A program made the translations under genes and the position numbers. Source: Sedimentisphaerales bacterium (GTDB lineage Bacteria; Planctomycetota; Phycisphaerae; Sedimentisphaerales; Anaerobacaceae). From it: 64,000 nt of DNA. Below are positions 30,247 through 38,211 of this stretch, piece after piece. A model generated the notes under the pieces. That model saw nothing but the letters and a program-made list of their open reading frames with translations. It searched no databases and was not told the DNA's origin. Within the stretch, counting starts at the first letter, position 1, and the number at the start of each line of letters is the position of its first letter. The DNA lies in NCBI GenBank assembly GCA_963708075.1, contig OY970194.1, positions 2,304,001-2,368,000 on the forward strand, read 5' to 3'.

Positions 30247-31536
30247 TCACAAGTCGTGCAGCATGCGGACGGACTCGCGGATGACGATGTCGGCGGCCTT
30301 GGGGGCGAAGTGACTGCTCGTGACTTCGTAGCCGTCCTGCACGTGGAGTTCCTTCGGGGCCAGATAACCGGCGGCGCCATTGCAGTGCGTGATGATGAAC
30401 GTGTGCTCGCAGGGTGATCCCGCCTTGATGGCCATGCCGATCTCCGTCAGCACCTCGCCTCCGAGCCCGACGAAGGCCACGTCGCCAAGCCGGGCCACGG
30501 TGACGACGAAAGGCACTGTCCCGGGGTTCTTGTCGGCGGAGGCATCGTCGCCCGGCTTGGCGGGTAGTTGCAGGGCCGCAAAGTTCGTCGCGATCTTATC
30601 GGCGGGTCCGGTTTGTTTGATGCCGCGATACACGTGCACCACCTCTTCCCCGAGGAAAGTCCCCAGCAGCACCGGCTCCGGTATCCAGCCAGCCTCCGTG
30701 TTGAACCCGGGCAGGACCCGGTACCAGGGATCGATGTTGCCGGAGGCGCCAATGAACACCGGTGCAATCACGTCAGAGCCGACAATCTTCTCCACGAACT
30801 GCTCGGCCAATCCGGGCACATCGCCGCTGATCGTGTAGTTGTCGTATCCGAGTGCCGTCCCGTGCGTGGCATAGTCGAATGCGACGGCCAATGGTGCGCC
30901 GTCCGGCTTGGCGACCTTCATCACAAGGACCTCCTTGTCCGTCACGCCGTAGGGATTGCGGCCGAGAACGATCGAGCTTTCCCCCTTGTCGTTGACCCGC
31001 AGCTCCCGCCGGTTTGACCCGACCGGGCAATAGCCCACACCGAGGCCGATATTGGCCGGCTGCATCTTATCAATCGCCTGGCGAACCACGTCGATCAGTT
31101 TGCCCCGGAGCGTCTCCATGTACTCCACGTTGCTCGCGTTGCCATGCTCCCGATCCATCGTGGGGGTCGGGGCGGCATGCGTGTGAATGCCGCAGAGAAA
31201 CAGCTCCGAAGGCTGCAGATTGAACTCTTTCAGAAGGGCACTGCGCAGGTACTCGTCCGTGCCGCCATAGAAGCCAATGATGTCCACCGAGACCAGCACA
31301 AGCCGTTTGCCCCCGGCCTCGAAGGCAAGAACGCGAGCCGACAACGGGTCGTGGACACCGGTGGACAGACCCTTGCGGCCGGCATAGCCGGACAATGTCA
31401 CGGGCTTGTCGGGCGTGATGTCAACCTTCGCGACGCCCGCCTTCAGCCCCGCCTGGTCCTCAGCGAATGACGGGCCTGCGACGACCAGACACAGAATGAC
31501 AAACAGGACGCAGGTAGCAGTAAGATGTGCCTTCAT
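30247..31536 (-). CDS. Secreted neutral/alkaline ceramidase N-terminal-domain protein
   Basis: GVAKVDITP, GVHDPL.AR, HTHAAP, YATHGT, GASGNIDP, GYE. Confidence 0.8.
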   Translation of the reverse strand: MKAHLTATCVLFVILCLVVAGPSFAEDQAGLKAGVAKVDITPDKPVTLSGYAGRKGLSTGVHDPLSARVLAFEAGGKRLVLVSVDIIGFYGGTDEYLRSALLKEFNLQPSELFLCGIHTHAAPTPTMDREHGNASNVEYMETLRGKLIDVVRQAIDKMQPANIGLGVGYCPVGSNRRELRVNDKGESSIVLGRNPYGVTDKEVLVMKVAKPDGAPLAVAFDYATHGTALGYDNYTISGDVPGLAEQFVEKIVGSDVIAPVFIGASGNIDPWYRVLPGFNTEAGWIPEPVLLGTFLGEEVVHVYRGIKQTGPADKIATNFAALQLPAKPGDDASADKNPGTVPFVVTVARLGDVAFVGLGGEVLTEIGMAIKAGSPCEHTFIITHCNGAAGYLAPKELHVQDGYEVTSSHFAPKAADIVIRESVRMLHDL

Positions 31537-31659
31537 AGTGTGTTCTCCTAATTCATGAGCAAGCCACGCTGGAGATGTTACCCCACCGTCGCGCCGGTTT
31601 CAACACCTCTCCAATAAACGCAACAGGGCATGCCTGTGCAGCTTCTTCGGCACCGTGCC

Positions 31660-31742
31660 GGGTGGCAGCGGCAAGCGCCAGCTTGCCGATGGCTCCTCAG
31701 GTACGTGACACCATCGGCAAGCTGCGCTTGCCGCTGCCACCC
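31660..31742. repeat. REP-like palindrome, family A
   Basis: GGGTGGCAGCGGCAAGCGCCAGCTTGCCGATGG...CCATCGGCAAGCTGCGCTTGCCGCTGCCACCC. Confidence 0.85.
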
Positions 31743-31870
31743 GACAACCAGATTATCTTCACAGACCTGACTGGGGCAAAGTGCTGGGCATTGCCTTTGG
31801 GCCCGCAATGAGGTAGTGTGACGGAATATCATAAATGCATGAGCATTCATCACGTCACAGGGAACGAGTG

Positions 31871-34195
31871 ATGTCGAAAGATGGGCATACACAAGTCATT
31901 CCGGCAGTTGTCCTGATGCTGTTGTGCGGTATCAGCCTTGCTCGCGCCGGCGGTGCAGACAAAGACGGCGCACTTGACACGATGGTCCGGACGGACTGGG
32001 CCGCTCAGGAGTTCAGGCACGACAGATCGCCACAGGACCCCGCCGCGATTGCAGATGCATATCGGCGGGCTCACGCGCTCCTTGGAGGCCTGCGGGGACA
32101 GGTTCCTTTGGAGAAGGAGGCTGCAGAGCTTGAGGCACTCGGGGCGAGGGCGTCGCAAGTGGATGACATGGACAAGGCCGCTCGCGAAGCTTTGTACCAG
32201 CAGATCCGGTCCGTGACTCGCAGCATCGCCCTGAGGAACCCGCTGATCGCGGGCAAGCCAATCACGTTCATGAAGCGGCGTCGATTCATCTGCCAGATGC
32301 TCCACGAGTACCTCGGCTACTTCTACGATTACGGCGACATCGCCGGCGGAGGGGTCTATGTCCTCAGGGAGCCGGGGCGATCTCTCGACGTGCAGGACCT
32401 GATCGCCGGCCGCTTGCCCAAAGGCAATTACACGACTCTTGCGTTGTCCTACGACGCCAAGACCGTGTATTTCGCCTTTGCCGAGCGGGCCGAGACCAAG
32501 CCGGACTACTACTCGCCGCAGCGGAGGTGTTTCCACCTTTATGCCGTCAACATCGATGGGACAAACCTGCGCCAGCTCACCACCGGCTGCAACGACGATT
32601 TCGACCCATGTCCCCTGCCGGATGGCGGCATCGCATTCATGTCCACCCGTCGCGGCGGTTTCGGCCGCTGCCACAATCCCTGGGAGCCGCTGCCCGCCTA
32701 TACCCTGCACCGCATGGATGCCTCGGGCGAGAATGTGCGGATGCTCTCCTTCCACGAGACGAATGAATGGCATCCCGCTGTGCTCAACGACGGCCGGATC
32801 GTTTATACCCGATGGGATTACGTGGACCGCTCGGCGGCAAACTATCACGGCCTGTGGACCAGCAACACGGATGGCACGAACCCAAGCATCCTGTTCGGCA
32901 ACTACACACAGCGAATCAACGCATGCTTTCAAGCCAAGGCTGTTCCCGGCTCGAACAAGGTCGCGTTCATCGCGGGCGCGCACCACGCCGATGTCGGCGG
33001 CTCGCTCGTGCTCGTGGACCCGGACAAGTACCGGCTCGATCCTGTCACCGGCGAGGACCGCTTTGAGTCGGTCGAAGAACTGACGCCGGAGGTGTGCTTC
33101 CCGGAGGGTGTCGGCTGGCCGAAGAGCTATTTCCACAGTCCGTGGCCGCTCTCGGAGGACTACTTCCTCATCGCGTTCAGTCACAAGCCGCTGCCCGGCA
33201 TGGGCTCCAACGTCAAGGACGACAATTACACGGGTTTGTACTACTTTGACCGGTTCGGCAACCTGGAGTTGCTGTACCAGGACCCGGATTTCTCCTGCAT
33301 GTACCCGGTTCCGCTGCAGCCCCGCCCGCGGCCCCCAGTGCTTGCGGGCACGCTCGATCCGGAACTTGGCGACGAAGGCGAGTTCATCCTGACGGACGTC
33401 CGCCAGAGCTTCTTCCCCCTGCCGGTTTCGCGCCCCATCCGGCAATTGCGGATCTTTCAGGTGCTTCCGAAGACGGCCACGCACGTTGCGAATCAGCCCC
33501 GGCTGGGCCACGCCAACGCCGAGAGCGCCCGCATGTTGCTCGGGACAGTCCCGGTCGAGACGGATGGCTCCGCGTACTTCCGCGCCCCGGCCGGCAGGCC
33601 GGTCTACTTCCAGGCCGTGGACGAGGCCGGACACGCCGTGCAGACGATGCGCAGCGTCACCTACCTGCAGCCGGGAGAGCGACGCAGTTGCCTCGGCTGC
33701 CACGAGCCTTTCGGGACCGCCTCGGCCCGCAACAACAGAATCCAGGCCCTGAGGCGACGACCTTCCCGAATCGAGCCCGGCCCGGAAGGCACGCGTCCCA
33801 TGAGCTATCCACTGCTCGTGCAGCCCGTGCTCGACAGGCATTGCGTCAAGTGTCACGATGCCGGCAAGAGCCCGCCAACTCTCACCGGCGAACCGGCCAA
33901 GACCTTCACCCGATCGTACGAGAGCCTGCGGGAATATGTCCGCTGGTATGAATGGGGTGGCGAATCGATCCAGGAGATCGGGACCCGCCCCGGACACAGC
34001 GGCGCCGATGAGAGCCGGCTGCTGAACGTGCTCGAGGATGCTGCCCACACGGATCAAGTCAATCTGCCGCCGGAGGATTACCTGCGGCTGTGCATCTGGC
34101 TCGATGCGAATGTCCCCTTCTACGGCACCTATGACAACGAGGCCCAATTGGCCCAGAAGGCCGGACAGGCCGTGCCGCCTCCGTCGATCCAATAA
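31871..34195 (+). CDS. HzsA-related secreted beta-propeller protein with two c-type heme motifs
   Basis: DFDPCPLPDG.I.F.STR, DGRIVYTRWDYVDR, LGTVPVE.DGSAYF.AP...YFQAVD..G.AVQ.MRS...QPGE..SCLGCHE; second CxxCH (CVKCH). Confidence 0.85.
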   Translation: MSKDGHTQVIPAVVLMLLCGISLARAGGADKDGALDTMVRTDWAAQEFRHDRSPQDPAAIADAYRRAHALLGGLRGQVPLEKEAAELEALGARASQVDDMDKAAREALYQQIRSVTRSIALRNPLIAGKPITFMKRRRFICQMLHEYLGYFYDYGDIAGGGVYVLREPGRSLDVQDLIAGRLPKGNYTTLALSYDAKTVYFAFAERAETKPDYYSPQRRCFHLYAVNIDGTNLRQLTTGCNDDFDPCPLPDGGIAFMSTRRGGFGRCHNPWEPLPAYTLHRMDASGENVRMLSFHETNEWHPAVLNDGRIVYTRWDYVDRSAANYHGLWTSNTDGTNPSILFGNYTQRINACFQAKAVPGSNKVAFIAGAHHADVGGSLVLVDPDKYRLDPVTGEDRFESVEELTPEVCFPEGVGWPKSYFHSPWPLSEDYFLIAFSHKPLPGMGSNVKDDNYTGLYYFDRFGNLELLYQDPDFSCMYPVPLQPRPRPPVLAGTLDPELGDEGEFILTDVRQSFFPLPVSRPIRQLRIFQVLPKTATHVANQPRLGHANAESARMLLGTVPVETDGSAYFRAPAGRPVYFQAVDEAGHAVQTMRSVTYLQPGERRSCLGCHEPFGTASARNNRIQALRRRPSRIEPGPEGTRPMSYPLLVQPVLDRHCVKCHDAGKSPPTLTGEPAKTFTRSYESLREYVRWYEWGGESIQEIGTRPGHSGADESRLLNVLEDAAHTDQVNLPPEDYLRLCIWLDANVPFYGTYDNEAQLAQKAGQAVPPPSIQ

Positions 34196-34205
34196 GTGCC
34201 GCATA

Positions 34206-34233
34206 TTGCATTCGCTCGCCAATTCGATATGAT
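34206..34233 (+). promoter_or_regulatory. Putative sigma70 promoter
   Basis: TTGCAT-16 nt-TATGAT upstream of the Fe-ADH gene. Confidence 0.45.
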
Positions 34234-34277
34234 GCCCCGCAAGTGAATCAAGAACGTGTTTTGGAAAAGGAGCCGCG

Positions 34278-35465
34278 ATGAACCTCAACTTTGCGCTTTA
34301 TATGCCTGCACGGGTCCTCTTTGGATGCGGGAAGCTCAAAGAACTGGGCACGACCCCGTTCCTGCCCGGCAGGAAAGCCCTGATCGTGATCGGCGCCTCG
34401 GGCGCCATGAGAAAGCAAGGGTATCTCGACACGGTCATCAATCTTCTCAAGACCAACGGCACCGAGTCGGTGGTTTACGATAGGATCCAGCCGAACCCGG
34501 TAAGCGAGCATGTTGAGGAAGGCGCTCGGGTCGCACGGGACAACAAGTGCGACTTCGTGGTCGGCTTGGGCGGTGGCAGCACCATCGATTCCTCCAAGAG
34601 CATCGCCGTCATGGCGGTTAACCCCGGCAAGTACTGGGATTACCTCTTTGGCGGCAGCGGCGGCGGCAAGGCGCTGCCAAAGGGCGCACTGCCCATCGTC
34701 GCCATTCCCACCACCGCCGGCACGGGCACCGAGGCCGACCCCTGGACCGTGATCACCAAGACCGATACCAACGAGAAGATCGGCTGGGGCAACCGGTGGA
34801 CGTTTCCGACGCTGTCCATCGTCGATCCCGAGCTGATGGTCAGCGTGCCGCCCGAGCAGACGGCCTACACCGGCATGGATGCGTTCTTTCACTCCGTCGA
34901 GTCCTATCTGGCCACAGTCAATCAGCCGACGAGCGACCACCTTGCCCTTGAGGCCATTCGCCTGATCACCAAGTATCTGCCCATTGCCGTCAAGGACGGC
35001 CGCAACCTGGAGGCTCGGACCAAGCTCGCCTGGGCCAGCACCGAAGCCGGCGTCTGCGAGTCCCTCTCCTGCTGCATCTCGCACCACTCGATGGAGCACG
35101 CGGTCAGCGCGTACTTTCCGAATGTCCCGCATGGGGCAGGTCTGACCATGCTCTCAGTCGCCTATTTCAGCTACCTGGCCGAGCGGAACCCCGCCCGCTT
35201 TCCCGACCTGGCACGAGCCATGGGCGAAAAGATCGACGGCCTGCCCAAAAAGGAACAGGCCATGGCCTTCATCAAGGCCCTCAAAAAGCTCATCAAGAAG
35301 ATCGGCCTGCACCAGCAGAGACTCAGCGACTTCGGCATCCAGCGGGACGACCTGCGGAAACTCGCCGAGAACTCATTCTACGCCATGGGCAAGCTGTTCG
35401 ACCTGACGCCGGTAAAGCTGACCGTTGACGACGCCACCGCCATCTACGAGCGGGCCTACACGTAG
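34278..35465 (+). CDS. Iron-containing alcohol dehydrogenase
   Basis: GLGGGS.IDS.K, PTTAGTGTE, D.FFH..E, H.MEH, PHG. Confidence 0.93.
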   Translation: MNLNFALYMPARVLFGCGKLKELGTTPFLPGRKALIVIGASGAMRKQGYLDTVINLLKTNGTESVVYDRIQPNPVSEHVEEGARVARDNKCDFVVGLGGGSTIDSSKSIAVMAVNPGKYWDYLFGGSGGGKALPKGALPIVAIPTTAGTGTEADPWTVITKTDTNEKIGWGNRWTFPTLSIVDPELMVSVPPEQTAYTGMDAFFHSVESYLATVNQPTSDHLALEAIRLITKYLPIAVKDGRNLEARTKLAWASTEAGVCESLSCCISHHSMEHAVSAYFPNVPHGAGLTMLSVAYFSYLAERNPARFPDLARAMGEKIDGLPKKEQAMAFIKALKKLIKKIGLHQQRLSDFGIQRDDLRKLAENSFYAMGKLFDLTPVKLTVDDATAIYERAYT

Positions 35466-35556
35466 GGAGTCGCCCGGAGTCGCGCCCCGCCTGTGATGAG
35501 GGTGCGATCGGCAGTCGGTGGCGGATTCGAGCCGCGTTGCCGGTCCCTCCCGTCGA

Positions 35557-37011
35557 TCAGTACGAGCGGGCGATGTCATGGCAGTGGTACGCGACCCGCG
35601 GCCGAGCCCGCAGCACCACCCCGGCGGCAGGCCTGCGCCGTTGGCTTTGTTTCGTGTTGCCGTCCCCGTTCGTAGTGACGCCGCAAGGCGTTTGGCGGCA
35701 AGTGTCAAGTGCAGGCTCACCGCTTGACACTTGACACTTCAAACTTGAGACTCCCCCCTGAATTGGCTTTGTTTCGCACGGTGTATCCTCGCGGGCTGAG
35801 CCGGTCCCACCTGGCACTTCTTGCGATGGGCTTTGTTTCGCAGAATCCGTTTCGCAGGGTGGGCTGTGTCCACCTTCCACCGCCACAGATTGGCTTTGTT
35901 TCGCACAGTCGCTTACGACAGTATGGGTGGCAGCGTCAAGCGCAGCTTGGCGATGGTCTTCCTGAGGCTCCTCGAATTGGCTTTGTTTCCCAGAATCGCT
36001 CGTGCCCTCCCGGGTGGCAGCGTCAAGCGAAGCTTGGCGATGGTCTTCCTGAGGCTCCTCGAATTGGCTTTGTTTCCCAGAATCGCTCGTGCCCTCCCGG
36101 GTGGCAGCGTCAAGCGAAGCTTGGCGATGGTCTTCCTGAGGCTCCTCGAATTGGCTTCGTTTCACAGAATCGTTCGTCCCCTGCTGGGTGGCAGCGTCAA
36201 GCGAAGCTTGGCGATGGTCTTCCCGAGGCTCCTCGAATTGGCTTTGTTTCACAGAATCGCTCGTCCCCTCCCGGGTGGCAGCGTCAAGCACAGCTTGGCG
36301 ATGGTCTTCCCGAGGCTCCTCGAATTGGCTTTGTTTCGCAGAATCGCTCGTCCCCTGCTGGGTGGCAGCGGCAAGCGCATGCTTGCCGATGGCGTCAGGA
36401 TGCAGCCCAACACCATCGGCAAGCTCCGCAGGCTGCGCTTGCCGCTGCCACCCGTCGTGATTCCTCAAATTGTGCGAACTCGATGCCCCGTGCCCGTCCT
36501 GCCCTTCTTGCTCCCGCCGGACCTGCCGCAGTTCCTTCATCGTCCTGTACAGGCTGCTCTCGATCCGACGTTCGTGCATCGCCAGCCGGTCGAGGGTCCT
36601 TGTCTCGGCGAAGTCCCGTGCGACCGCCCGCCCGAAGGCCAACTCGGCCCTGGCCGATGGATCGCGGTTCTCACGGCGGCACTTGACCCAGTCGTCGCCG
36701 CGATCCGCTTCGATGAGATAATCGAGGGCCTCATCCTGCATGCGTTCGGCCCGTTTGAGCCGCCACCACAAGGCCACGATGCGTTCCGCCATCGCCTCTT
36801 CCTCCGGCCCATCCGGGTCCAGCTTCCGGAGCATCCGGGTGCGGTGCAGCTCGAATTCCTGCGGATCTTCGTTTCTGAGCACGGCCTGGCGGGCCCACAG
36901 GCCATGCTTGACGGCGTTCTGGGCCGCGACGGCCTTGCCCTCCGACGTGCGGGGTCCGGTGGATTTGGCGGCGTTACGACGGTTGGCGGCGACTCGTGCC
37001 TGGCTACCCAT
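35557..37011 (-). CDS. Hypothetical protein ('AANRRNA..STGPRT..GK.....NA.KHGL' N-terminus) with repetitive C-terminal tail
   Basis: Globular/helical N-terminal region of about 190 aa, then low-complexity repeats including five 29-aa units DS.KQSQFEEP.EDHRQA.LDAAT..GT. Confidence 0.7.
   Translation of the reverse strand: MGSQARVAANRRNAAKSTGPRTSEGKAVAAQNAVKHGLWARQAVLRNEDPQEFELHRTRMLRKLDPDGPEEEAMAERIVALWWRLKRAERMQDEALDYLIEADRGDDWVKCRRENRDPSARAELAFGRAVARDFAETRTLDRLAMHERRIESSLYRTMKELRQVRREQEGQDGHGASSSHNLRNHDGWQRQAQPAELADGVGLHPDAIGKHALAAATQQGTSDSAKQSQFEEPREDHRQAVLDAATREGTSDSVKQSQFEEPREDHRQASLDAATQQGTNDSVKRSQFEEPQEDHRQASLDAATREGTSDSGKQSQFEEPQEDHRQASLDAATREGTSDSGKQSQFEEPQEDHRQAALDAATHTVVSDCAKQSQSVAVEGGHSPPCETDSAKQSPSQEVPGGTGSAREDTPCETKPIQGGVSSLKCQVSSGEPALDTCRQTPCGVTTNGDGNTKQSQRRRPAAGVVLRARPRVAYHCHDIARSY
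35641..36453. repeat. Motif-spacer array including 87-bp tandem repeats
   Basis: TTGGCTTTGTTTC(GCA)-like motif at 35641, 35763, 35827, 35890, 35977, 36064, 36151, 36238, 36325; 87-bp period from 35890; family A REP half-copies at 35925, 36012, 36099, 36186, 36273 and a full copy at 36360-36453. Confidence 0.92.
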
Positions 37012-37030
37012 GGGAAACCTCCGGAATCTA

Positions 37031-37058
37031 TGATTTTTGATGTTTGATTTTTGATTTG
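37031..37058. repeat. Heptamer tandem repeat (TGATTTT)x4, degenerate
   Basis: TGATTTT TGATGTT TGATTTT TGATTTG, 20 nt upstream of the ATG at 37011. Confidence 0.75.
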
Positions 37059-37325
37059 AACATGGCCGCAGGCCTGTCGGGCGCGCCGGCGCCCGGTGAG
37101 ACGTGGTCATCAGACCATATAATAGAGACGCCCCAGAGGGCGAAATGTTTCAGGAATTTCTGTTCTATGACAAACTATCTGCAAGTGCCTGTGGCCGCAG
37201 AACTTATGCCCTATTTTTTGCATGGTAAGCCGCAGCCCGTGGGATGGGCTTCAGCCCATGCAGATAGTCTGGGAGTTGCCGGAGAAGAACTGCGAGTCAG
37301 CGTCGCCAGATTTGGAGAACGAAGG

Positions 37326-38002
37326 CTACTTCTCGCATGGCAGGTCTTCCCATCGCAAGCGGGGGTAGTCCCTGCCCTCGCAGATGGCCCAAGTCTTATC
37401 AAAGTCCCAGTCCACAAAGCTCGCCTGTTGTTTCATCTGCACAGCCGTGAGGGCCAGGCCGAGACAGCTTCCCCTGCACTCCAACACTCGATGATCTCGC
37501 CGCTGTTGATTCCCACCAAAACGCCTACTCCTTCCCCACCAGAGATATGAGCCTTGGCATAACACCGAATAATGCGCCCCTGAGTCATCGCGACAAGGGC
37601 ACTACGGCAATACCCTGATTGCTCCCCCACCTGAGCATCATCAACCCCCAGGTCCATCACTGCACCTTCTTCTCCGACTCCTCCAAATAGCGACAGATTC
37701 CACGACATGCCGCCCCGGATCGTCAGATTTCGAATTCTGTGGCCACGACCGTCGAAACAGCCCATGAACCATCCTTTGTCAACGTAGGGATCGTGGTAGG
37801 CGTCAGGTGCGATCACGGCTTTTGTGAAGATGCGGCCGCCGGGGAGGTTGGGGTCCAGGTCGATGTCGTTGAGCAAGATGAAGTGCTTATCAAGCAAATT
37901 GGGGTCCGCACCGATGGAGATAAGCTGCTCGATGGTGGCGATCTGGTAGGGATCAATCGGCGTGCCGGCGCCGCCTGCGAAATGATGCGGCCGGCCCTCC
38001 AA
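37326..38002 (-). pseudogene. GLUG-motif surface protein remnant
   Basis: FAGGAGTPIDPYQIAT...L.KHFILLNDIDL...FDGRGHRIRNL; C-terminal 'LTAVQM....F..WDF..TW.ICEG.DYPRL.WE' lies in another frame; no signal peptide. Confidence 0.65.
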
Positions 38003-38086
38003 AGCGTCTCCGAATGCCGCGTACGGCCTGTGAGGGACCGCAAGGTCCGATATCCCTTGCGGCTGTGCTCATTTCCCAAGTCAGAG

Positions 38087-38116
38087 TTGACTATCATGCG
38101 GGGAATCTGTTAAAAT
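38087..38116 (+). promoter_or_regulatory. sigma70 promoter upstream of the CotH/LTD gene
   Basis: TTGACT-18 nt-TAAAAT with TGn extension. Confidence 0.55.
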
Positions 38117-38211
38117 AGGCGGAGTGAGGTCCGGCCTGTTTGGCCGGGATGGCCGAAAATACGCTTACGACTCAGCGACCTGCAGTCACAAGGCGGAAAG
38201 GCGGATACGTG

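Noticed and set aside
31850..34288. Long antisense ORFs (also 11828-14005, 17670-19274, 48000-49415, 58813-60222)
   Set aside because: Shadow frames of GC-rich genes that have clear family motifs on the other strand.
35890..36360. CRISPR array
   Set aside because: The 87-bp units are near-identical along their whole length with no unique spacers, the constant motif is only about 16 nt, and there are no cas genes. Reported as a different kind of array.
35709..37047. Plus-strand ORFs of 325 and 408 aa over the array
   Set aside because: Open only because the repeat unit lacks stops; the minus-strand ORF has the family-like N-terminus.
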